The notes beneath the pieces were generated by a model that saw nothing but the letters and a program-made list of their open reading frames with translations, was not told the origin of the DNA and searched no databases. This document shows, in pieces, positions 48,383 through 56,281 of a DNA stretch of 64,000 nucleotides; the stretch's first letter is position 1; the number at the start of each line of letters is the position of its first letter. Made by a program: the position numbers and the translations under genes. The DNA lies in contig CAZMYU010000004.1 in assembly GCA_964570655.1 (NCBI GenBank), positions 49 through 64,048 of the forward strand, read 5' to 3'. The DNA is from an uncultured Gammaproteobacteria bacterium (GTDB taxonomy: Bacteria > Patescibacteriota > Patescibacteriia > Patescibacteriales > UBA12465).

Positions 48383-50320
48383 ATGGGAATCAAAGATGTT
48401 ATCAAATCTGAAGAACTTAAACCCGAGGCTCCTAAAAGTGCTTTAGGCAGTTTGTTTTCTGTGTCAGCTCCGAAAAAAACTGGTGCCATTGAAGAAAATG
48501 TTGAGCTCACCAAGGAAATTATTGAAGAAGAACTGGCCTATCGGCGAGGTATTATTTCGGTCCGAGATTTGATTGCCCCAGCCTCACTAAAGATTCAGCC
48601 AACTTATCTAACTTTGGGCAAAAAGTTTGTTCGCACTGTTTTTGTCATTAGTTATCCGCGCTATATTAGTGTTGGTTGGTTTGCCCCGGTCATTAATTTG
48701 AACCATACTTTTGATGTGGCTATGTTTTTTTATCCAGTCAAATCATCAATTATTTTAAAACAACTCAAAAACCGCGTGGGTAATTTGGAAGCTCAGATTA
48801 TGTCGGATTCCGAAAAAGGAGCTCCGCGTGATCCGCTTCGAGAAACGGCTTTACGCGATATTGAATATTTGCGCGATGCTCTAACTCAAGGGACGGAAAA
48901 GTTTTTTCAATTTGCTTTGTATGTTACTTTTTATACCGATAGCTTAGAAGAGTTAGATAGATTGTCTGACCAGGTGGAAGACATTTTTGGCTCCCGACTG
49001 GTTTATTCGAAGCGAGCTTTTTATCAGGCTGAACAAGGCTTTAATTCTACTTTGCCGTTGGGCAACGATGAGCTGTATATTACTTTTAATATGAATTCGT
49101 CGCCAGTGGCCTCATCTTTTCCGTTTATTTCTTCAGAGCTCACTAGCGATTCGGGCATTTTATATGGCATTAATCGACACAATAATAGTTTGATTCTCTT
49201 TGATCGTTTTAGTTTGCCCAATGGTAATGCTGTGGTTTTTGCGACCGCTGGAGCTGGTAAAAGTTATGCCGTCAAACTAGAAGTTATCAGGTCGCTCATG
49301 TTGGGAGCCGATGTGATTATTATTGATCCAGAATACGAATACAAACATCTCTCGGAAGCTGTGGGTGGAACCTATATTAATATTTCTTTGGCTAGTGAAA
49401 ACAAACTCAATCCTTTTGATTTGCCTAGGTCAGTGGGCGGGGAAGCCAAGGCCAAAGATATTATTCGCAGTGCGGTTATTACCCTCAAAGGATTGATTCG
49501 GCTAATGATTGGTAATTTGAATAATGAAGAAGATTCACTAATGGATAGGGCCTTACTAGAAACTTATGCCAAAAAAGATATTACTGAAGATTCGGATTTG
49601 TCCACTATTTCTCCGCCAATTATGAGTGATTTAGAGCAAATTTTGAGTGGTATGCAGGGAGGCAACGACTTGTCGCAAAGACTCAAGAAATATACCGAAG
49701 GAACTTTTTCGGGCTTGCTTAATAATCCGACTAATGTGGAAATGAATAATCAATTAGTGTGTTTTTCGGTGCGCGACTTAGAGGATGAGCTTCGACCTAT
49801 GGCTATTTATACTATTATCAATTATATCTGGAATGTGGTGCGCAGTGAGACCAAAAAAAGAATTTTAGTTATTGATGAAGCTTGGTGGATGATGCAAAAC
49901 GAAGATAGCGCCAAATTTGTTTATGCCCTGGTCAAGCGTTGTCGTAAATATTATTTGGGGGTGACGACTATTACTCAAGATGTTAATGACTTTTTGACTT
50001 CGCCCTATGGTCAAGCTATTTTAAACAACTCATCCCTCCAATTATTGTTGAAACAATCGCAATCAGCCATTGATTTGGTACAAAAAACTTTTATGTTGAC
50101 TGAGGGAGAAAAATATTTGCTTTTGGAGTGCGGAGTCGGAGAAGGAATTTTCTTTGCTGGTAACAAGCATGTGGCTATCAAAGTAGTGGCCTCTTATACC
50201 GAAGATCAGCTAATGACTTCTGATCCCCGACAACTTTTGGAAATCGAAGAGGCTCGCAAAGAATTTGCCAAAAACCAAGGCGAGGCTGGGGCAAATGGAG
50301 TAACGGAATTACCAATATAA
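48383..50320 (+). CDS. virB4: VirB4/TraE-type type IV secretion ATPase (middle and ATPase domains)
   Basis: Walker A FATAGAGKS, Walker B ILVIDEAWWMM, GVTTITQD; YPRYISVGW block typical of the VirB4 middle domain. Confidence 0.8.
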   Translation: MGIKDVIKSEELKPEAPKSALGSLFSVSAPKKTGAIEENVELTKEIIEEELAYRRGIISVRDLIAPASLKIQPTYLTLGKKFVRTVFVISYPRYISVGWFAPVINLNHTFDVAMFFYPVKSSIILKQLKNRVGNLEAQIMSDSEKGAPRDPLRETALRDIEYLRDALTQGTEKFFQFALYVTFYTDSLEELDRLSDQVEDIFGSRLVYSKRAFYQAEQGFNSTLPLGNDELYITFNMNSSPVASSFPFISSELTSDSGILYGINRHNNSLILFDRFSLPNGNAVVFATAGAGKSYAVKLEVIRSLMLGADVIIIDPEYEYKHLSEAVGGTYINISLASENKLNPFDLPRSVGGEAKAKDIIRSAVITLKGLIRLMIGNLNNEEDSLMDRALLETYAKKDITEDSDLSTISPPIMSDLEQILSGMQGGNDLSQRLKKYTEGTFSGLLNNPTNVEMNNQLVCFSVRDLEDELRPMAIYTIINYIWNVVRSETKKRILVIDEAWWMMQNEDSAKFVYALVKRCRKYYLGVTTITQDVNDFLTSPYGQAILNNSSLQLLLKQSQSAIDLVQKTFMLTEGEKYLLLECGVGEGIFFAGNKHVAIKVVASYTEDQLMTSDPRQLLEIEEARKEFAKNQGEAGANGVTELPI

Positions 50321-50339
50321 ATTAACTAATTTAAATTAT

Positions 50340-50948
50340 ATGCTAGACGATCGTAAAAAAATGGGCATCTTTATTGTGGGGGCAGCTCTGATTATTTTGA
50401 TTGCCATTGCTGTTTTTGTTTATATCTTTAATAAAAAAAATCAGGCCGCGACAGTTCCAGAGCAAAATGCTTCGGCGCTCACCTCTGATAAATTATTTGC
50501 TGAAGCTCAAGCCAACAAACCCAAGGTTAATTATACTTTTGATCCAGCTATGGAGGCCGGTCGAGTGTGGGGTCGTGAAGATGTGCGGAAAATGGCTATG
50601 ACTTTTGCTTCGCGCTTTGGCTCCTATTCTAACCAAGGAAATTACACAAATTTTCAGGATTTAGAAATTTTTATGACTGACCAGATGAAATCATCAGCTC
50701 AAAGCTATGTGGCTAGCTTGCGAGCCAAAAATAATGGCGATACTAATTATCATGGATTTAATACGACGGCAGTTTCAGCTGATATTGTTAGTTTCGATGA
50801 CAGTGCCGGCAGTTCTGAGATTTTGGTGACTACTCAAAGAGTGGAAACAATTGGTACTGGAAGCCCAAGAAATTTTAATCAAAATATCAAAATTAATTTG
50901 AAAAAAATAGATGGTCAGTGGTTGGTAGATGCTGCCTTGTGGCAGTAA
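50340..50948 (+). CDS. Bitopic membrane protein, possible VirB8-like (NTF2-like) component
   Basis: N-terminal TM then an about 160-aa soluble domain ending in beta-rich ILVTTQRVE...KINLKKIDGQWLVD; assignment by context only. Confidence 0.3.
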   Translation: MLDDRKKMGIFIVGAALIILIAIAVFVYIFNKKNQAATVPEQNASALTSDKLFAEAQANKPKVNYTFDPAMEAGRVWGREDVRKMAMTFASRFGSYSNQGNYTNFQDLEIFMTDQMKSSAQSYVASLRAKNNGDTNYHGFNTTAVSADIVSFDDSAGSSEILVTTQRVETIGTGSPRNFNQNIKINLKKIDGQWLVDAALWQ

Positions 50949-50950
50949 TT

Positions 50951-51034
50951 AAGATTAAAAGATTGAAAGATTAAAAGATTGAATGATTATTTAATTAAAA
51001 ATTTTTCAATCTTTCAATTTTCAATTTTTCAATT
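50951..51034. repeat. AT-rich inverted repeat built from GATTGAAA / GATTAAAA words
   Basis: AAGATTAAAAGATTGAAAGATTAAAAGATTGAA ... TTTTCAATCTTTCAATTTTCAATTTTTCAATT. Confidence 0.75.
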
Positions 51035-51042
51035 ATACACTT

Positions 51043-51339
51043 ATGCCTAAAAAAACTTTATCAACGGTTAGTTTGAACCATAAAAAATCTAATAATTCTG
51101 ACCAGCATCATTACAGTGAATATTTTTGGCAGATAACTATTTTGGCTGGAATAGTTTTGGGTTTTAGTTTGGTAATTTGGTCTGTCAATTTAGAGGATTT
51201 CAATAGACAACAGGCTTCAGCGGGTGATCAAACTCCGGCTATCTTTGAAAAGCATGCTGGTGATGTTCCGGCCGTCCAGGCTTGCGGTAATGATCCACTG
51301 ATTACTTCCGGTGATTGCGCAGTTGGCGATTCCAAATAA
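51043..51339 (+). CDS. Small membrane-anchored hypothetical protein
   Basis: 98-aa ORF with one TM (ITILAGIVLGFSLVIWSV). Confidence 0.45.
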   Translation: MPKKTLSTVSLNHKKSNNSDQHHYSEYFWQITILAGIVLGFSLVIWSVNLEDFNRQQASAGDQTPAIFEKHAGDVPAVQACGNDPLITSGDCAVGDSK

Positions 51340-51353
51340 TTATTAAATAAAAA

Positions 51354-52479
51354 ATGTTTTCTAATAAGAAACAATTTTTTGCTTTTACGCTAATAGAGCT
51401 ACTCGTTGTCATTGCTATTATTGGTATTTTGGCGACTGTTAGCGTGATTGCTTTAAATAATGCTCGGGCCAAATCACGAGACACCAAAAGAGTCGCTGAC
51501 ATCAAGCAATTAACCACGGCTTTAGCCCTCTATTATAATGACAAAAAAGAATATCCCATAAACTTTAACAGCTGGGCAACCACTTTATTCTACTAGTTTG
51601 GATGGCTCTGGGGCGGTGGTGACCTCTACCTATCTTTCTTCTATTCCGAGTGCTCCCAGCACTGTGGACGGAGCTAATTGTACTAGTGGCACCAATGCTT
51701 ATAGTTATGGAACCTCTTCTGATTTGCAATCTTATACCTTGTCAACTTGCGTCAATAATTCTCCGCAAACTAGCCAGAATGTTTCTTATATTGCTGATCC
51801 CAACCAGGTTCAGCCTTGTGGTGCTTATGTAATTAATTACGAGGGCAAAACTTATCGGACCGTGCAGATTGGTACTCAATGTTGGATGAAAGATAATTTG
51901 AATGTCGGAATTAGAGTTGATAATTCTAACCCCAATGCTTGTACTCAAGATGATGCTAATAATGGAATTATTCAAAAATATTGTAAATCAAATCTAGAAT
52001 CCAATTGTGATACTTATGGAGCCTTGTATTGCTGGCATACTGTTATGGCCTTTGCTTCCACTAGCGACCAGGTAGCTACTCCTACCGGGGTCAATACTCC
52101 TCATCGGGGCATTTGTCCGCCTGGCTGGCATGTTCCTACTGATGCTGAATTGGGAACTTTAGAAACTTATGCTACTAATCCTGGTCAGGCTTGTGACCAA
52201 AGCAGAAATAGCGCCCCGCCAGCAGCTAGCTGTTTGGGGGCGGGGACCAGATTGCTTTCCGGTGGTTCATTGGGTTTTGATATGCAATTGGCCGGTACTA
52301 TTGGTTATGATGCTGCCGCTCAAGGGACTTATGGCGAATTGCAATCGGTTACCACTTCGGCTTATCCCTCATCTTATTTCCGGCAATTTACTAATGCTTC
52401 CTCGACTATTGGTCGCCAAACTTGGTGGGGTCATTCTTGGCGCTACAATGGCAAATCATTGCGGTGTATTAAAAATTGA
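51354..52479 (+). pseudogene. Type IV pilin-like protein with C-terminal FISUMP domain, split by a +1 frameshift near 51559-51597
   Basis: FTLIELLVVIAIIGILA prepilin N-terminus (51354-51596); frame +1 continues YLSSIPSAP... then YRTVQIGTQCWMKDNL, YGALYCW, CPPGWHVPT, SLRCIKN (51598-52479). Confidence 0.65.
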
Positions 52480-52511
52480 TTTTTAGTCTAGATCTGTTAA
52501 GATAAGTTATT

Positions 52512-53894
52512 ATGGCCTCTAATGTAATTTATACTTGCTCGAAGTGCGGCGCCCAATTTCCAAAATGGAGTGGGCGTTGTTTGGAATGTGGAGCTTGGGG
52601 AACCATTGGCGAAGAGACAGTCGAAAAAGAAGGAGAAGTGCGGGGGCTCAAATCTTTGGATTTGAAAAAAATAAAAGGAGCTAATTTGGTTGATCTCAGC
52701 CAGGTCTCGGCTTTGAGTAGTGAACGCTTGCAAACGGGTTGGCCGGAAATAGATCGAGTTTTAGGTGGCGGTTTAGTAAAAGGCTCGCTTATTTTGCTGG
52801 CTGGTGAGCCAGGAATTGGTAAGTCTACTTTAGCCAATCAAATCACCGATTTACTTGGGGTCAGACCCCAAGGGGAGGGGTCTGACCCCAGCTCTATAAT
52901 CTATGTTTCTGGTGAAGAATCAGCTAGTCAGGTCAAGACTCGCTTAGAAAGATTAGGCTGTGATTTGCATAAGACCAAGTTTATTGGTGAAACTCACTTG
53001 GAAAAAATCATGAGCTCTCTTTTGGAATTGAAACCAGCGCTGGTGATTATTGATTCTATTCAAACTATTTATTCGTCGGAGTTGCCTTCGGAGGCTGGCA
53101 GCTTGAATCAAATTCGAGCAGTGGCGGTCAAGTTTTTAGAACTAGCCAAGACCCATGATATTACTATTTTTCTCATCGGGCATATTACCAAAGACGGGCA
53201 AATCGCTGGGCCCAAATCGCTCGAGCATATTGTGGATACCGTGCTGTATTTAGAAAATGATCAGACCCATTTTTCGATTTTACGAGCAGTCAAAAATCGT
53301 TTTGGTTCGCTCAATGAAATTGGTGTACTAGAAATGACTAGCAGTGGGTTTAAGGAAATAAAAAACCCTTCAGCGATTTTTATTGAAGGGATGAACGAAG
53401 AAATTGCCGGCTCAGCGATGGGGGTGATTTTGGAAGGAACTCGGCCTTTTATTGTTAATATCCAGGCCCTAGTGACCAAAACTATTTTTGGTTATCCCCA
53501 AAGAAAATGTGCGGGTTTTGATGTGAATCGACTTCAGATTTTGTCAGCGGTGCTGAGTCGTAAAAATAAAATCAATTTAAGTACTCAGGATATCGTCCTC
53601 AATTTAGTGGGTGGGCTCAAGACTAATGATCCGGCTTTAGATTTGGCCGCGGTGATGGCCATGGTCTCGTCGTATTTGAATCAACCGCTTCCGCGGGATT
53701 TAATTATTATTGGTGAGATTGGACTAGGCGGAGAAGTTCGGCCGGTCAAAAATTTAGAAACGAGAGTTAAGGAAGCTGTTAAATTAGGTTTTAAAACTAT
53801 TATGGTCCCGGATTCTCTAAATAGTATTAGCGGAGTTAAATTATTGAAAGTGAAAAATATTAGCGAAGCCTTGAAATTATTATCAAATAAGTAG
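52512..53894 (+). CDS. radA: DNA repair protein RadA/Sms
   Basis: CSKCGAQFPKWSGRCLECGAWGT zinc finger, GEPGIGKST, KNRFG, Lon-like C-terminal domain. Confidence 0.95.
   Translation: MASNVIYTCSKCGAQFPKWSGRCLECGAWGTIGEETVEKEGEVRGLKSLDLKKIKGANLVDLSQVSALSSERLQTGWPEIDRVLGGGLVKGSLILLAGEPGIGKSTLANQITDLLGVRPQGEGSDPSSIIYVSGEESASQVKTRLERLGCDLHKTKFIGETHLEKIMSSLLELKPALVIIDSIQTIYSSELPSEAGSLNQIRAVAVKFLELAKTHDITIFLIGHITKDGQIAGPKSLEHIVDTVLYLENDQTHFSILRAVKNRFGSLNEIGVLEMTSSGFKEIKNPSAIFIEGMNEEIAGSAMGVILEGTRPFIVNIQALVTKTIFGYPQRKCAGFDVNRLQILSAVLSRKNKINLSTQDIVLNLVGGLKTNDPALDLAAVMAMVSSYLNQPLPRDLIIIGEIGLGGEVRPVKNLETRVKEAVKLGFKTIMVPDSLNSISGVKLLKVKNISEALKLLSNK
52857..52889. repeat. 33-nt paired-palindrome element lying in frame inside radA
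   Basis: GGGGTCAGACCCC-aagggga-GGGGTCTGACCCC = codons GVRPQGEGSDP between Walker A and YVSGEES. Confidence 0.8.
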
Positions 53895-53906
53895 TAGTTA
53901 TAAAAC

Positions 53907-54053
53907 AACGCCTTAGGAATATTGCCCCAAAAACACGGGGTTGCTCCGCTCCTGCGGCTCCGCACCCCTCACAGCTCCTTCGCTCGCCCCCTAACGGGGG
54001 TCCGTGCCTCGCTCAGTCCGCTATGGTTTTTGGTCCAACATTCCTAAGGCGTT
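53907..54053. repeat. 147-nt composite GC-rich element closed by a long imperfect inverted repeat
   Basis: AACGCCTTAGGAATATTG..CCAAAAAC ... GGTTTTTGG..CAACATTCCTAAGGCGTT; inner hairpins GGGGT/ACCCC, CCGC/GCGG, GCCCCC-taac-GGGGGT. Confidence 0.75.
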
Positions 54054-54059
54054 ATCTAT

Positions 54060-54090
54060 CTGTCATCCTGGCGAAGGCCAGGATCCAGGT
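54060..54090. repeat. CTGTCATCC-hairpin-GGATCCAGG element, copy R2
   Basis: 31/31 identical to 23573-23603. Confidence 0.85.
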
Positions 54091-54109
54091 CCGTTTAAGT
54101 AATTTTTAA

Positions 54110-56215
54110 TTATTCTAGATGTATATTTCTCTCAAATTCACCTAGCTTTTCTTTTAGAAGCGGGTGATTTTTTAGTTCGGGGTCACTATTTATTAAATTA
54201 ATTGCTTCGTTTTGGGCTTGTTGGATGAGCGGTAGGTCGAAAAGAGAGGCAATTTTTAGTTCCGGGAAACCGCTTTGAATCGTGCCATAAATTTCACCCG
54301 AACCGCGCAGTTTCAAATCTTCTTTGGCCAGTTCAAAGCCATCCTGGAATTTGACCAAGGCATTTAAACGACTCAGACTTTTGGCTGAAGGCAAGCTAGA
54401 GCTGGCAAATAGAAAACAATAGGACTTTTCGCTACCCCGACCAACTCGACCGCGGAATTGATGGAGTTGGGCTAGACCAAAACGTTCGGCCCCTTCAATC
54501 ATCATAATTGTAGCGTTAGGAATATCGACGCCCACTTCTATCACTGAAGTCGAAATTAAAATGTTAATCTTGTTGGCCAGGAACTCGGACATAATTTTTT
54601 CTTTTTCTGGCGATTTTAATTTTCCATGGAGCAGGCCGATTTTCAAGTCTGGAAAAACATGTTTGTCCAAATATTCAAATTCACTAGTGACCGATTTGAT
54701 TCCACTGGTATCGGATGGGTCAATTAGCGGACAAACCACAAAAGCTTGGCGACCATTTCTGATTTCTTTTTTGATAAAATCATAAGCCATTCGACGATTA
54801 TTTTCCGGGATTATTTTGGTGAGAATTATTTGTCTATCTTTTGGTTTTTCTTTGATTAGCGAAATATTCAAATCGCCATAAATAGCTAGAGCGAGAGAGC
54901 GGGGAATGGGCGTGGCCGTCATTGATAAAAAATGGGGAGTATTTTGGTTGCCAGAAGATTTTTTGAACTGTAATAATTTTTGTCGTTGTCTAACGCCAAA
55001 ACGATGTTGTTCATCGACGATAATGAGCCCCGGATTTTTAAAGTTTATTTTATCTTGAATGAGCGCTTGAGTACCAATTATAATATCGGCTTCTAGGGCG
55101 ATATCGGGTCCGGATAACTTTAATTTTTTGTCACTTGGCGGATAAATCTTTTTTTGACTGCGGGTGATTAGACCAATTTTGATGGGCTCGTCTTTTAGGA
55201 ATTTACTAAGAGTTTGGAAATGTTGACTCGCCAGAATTTCGGTGGGGGCCATTAGAATGCCTTGGAATTTATTTAGAGCCGTGTTTAGCAGGGCCAAGGT
55301 CGCTACTAGGGTTTTGCCACTGCCAACGTCGCCTTCCAAGATTCTAGACATGGGCTTGGTATTTTCTAAGTCTTGGATTATTTCCCAGGCTGATTTTTTT
55401 TGATCATTGGTTAAGGTGAATGGTAGGGAAGTCACAAAATTTTTGATAGCTGATTCTTTAAATTTGATAATTGGTGCCGTGGCCTGGGAATTATCTTTTT
55501 TGATTATTTGACTGATTAGTTGTCGCAAAAATAATTCTTCAAAGCTGAGCCGTTGTTTGGCGCTCAGTAGCTCGGCTTCGTTTTCGGGAAAATGAATTCT
55601 TTTAAGAGCCTCTGGCAGGCTTAACAATTTTAATCTTTTTTTGATATCAATTGGCAACCAATCGGCAATGTTTTTGGCGAGTGGCAGAGCTTGGCTAATA
55701 AAAAAACGCAATTGTTTGGGAGTGAGACTGCTAGTTGTTGAGTAAACCGGAACAATGCCTTGAGTGTGGATTAAATCTCGCTGGCTTGTTAATTTTTCAT
55801 AGACCGGTGAGATCATGGCTACTTGTCCGCGATTGTCGCTTAGTTTTCCGGCCAGTGATATAGTGTCGCCCACTTTTAAAGTTTTGCTAATATAGGGTTG
55901 GTTGAACCAAATAATTTTTAGATAGCCGGTTTCGTCTTTGACCACAGCCTCAGTTAGCGACATTTTGCGAAAATGACTGCGTTTGTTTTGGAGCAATTCT
56001 ATTTCGGCGATAATGTTGACTGGTTCGTTAATTGGTAATTGATTAATAGCCTGGGTGGCGCCGTATTTGTCATAGCGAAAAGGGTAATAAAAAAGTAGCT
56101 CAGAAATATTTTCTAAGCCGAGTTTTTTGAGACGGCTGGCTATAGCCGGGCCAACGCCACTAATTTCTGATATTTGGCTGTTTAAAGTGAGCATTTGAGG
56201 ATTGATTATACTCAT
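54110..56215 (-). CDS. recG: ATP-dependent DNA helicase RecG
   Basis: Wedge domain, GDVGSGKT Walker A, VDEQHRFG, QLHQFRGRVGRG. Confidence 0.95.
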   Translation of the reverse strand: MSIINPQMLTLNSQISEISGVGPAIASRLKKLGLENISELLFYYPFRYDKYGATQAINQLPINEPVNIIAEIELLQNKRSHFRKMSLTEAVVKDETGYLKIIWFNQPYISKTLKVGDTISLAGKLSDNRGQVAMISPVYEKLTSQRDLIHTQGIVPVYSTTSSLTPKQLRFFISQALPLAKNIADWLPIDIKKRLKLLSLPEALKRIHFPENEAELLSAKQRLSFEELFLRQLISQIIKKDNSQATAPIIKFKESAIKNFVTSLPFTLTNDQKKSAWEIIQDLENTKPMSRILEGDVGSGKTLVATLALLNTALNKFQGILMAPTEILASQHFQTLSKFLKDEPIKIGLITRSQKKIYPPSDKKLKLSGPDIALEADIIIGTQALIQDKINFKNPGLIIVDEQHRFGVRQRQKLLQFKKSSGNQNTPHFLSMTATPIPRSLALAIYGDLNISLIKEKPKDRQIILTKIIPENNRRMAYDFIKKEIRNGRQAFVVCPLIDPSDTSGIKSVTSEFEYLDKHVFPDLKIGLLHGKLKSPEKEKIMSEFLANKINILISTSVIEVGVDIPNATIMMIEGAERFGLAQLHQFRGRVGRGSEKSYCFLFASSSLPSAKSLSRLNALVKFQDGFELAKEDLKLRGSGEIYGTIQSGFPELKIASLFDLPLIQQAQNEAINLINSDPELKNHPLLKEKLGEFERNIHLE

Positions 56216-56281
56216 AGATTAGCCTAAATTTAGCTAAAAATCAAACCTGATTTTGGTTATATTATTGGTGACCAGGGACTG

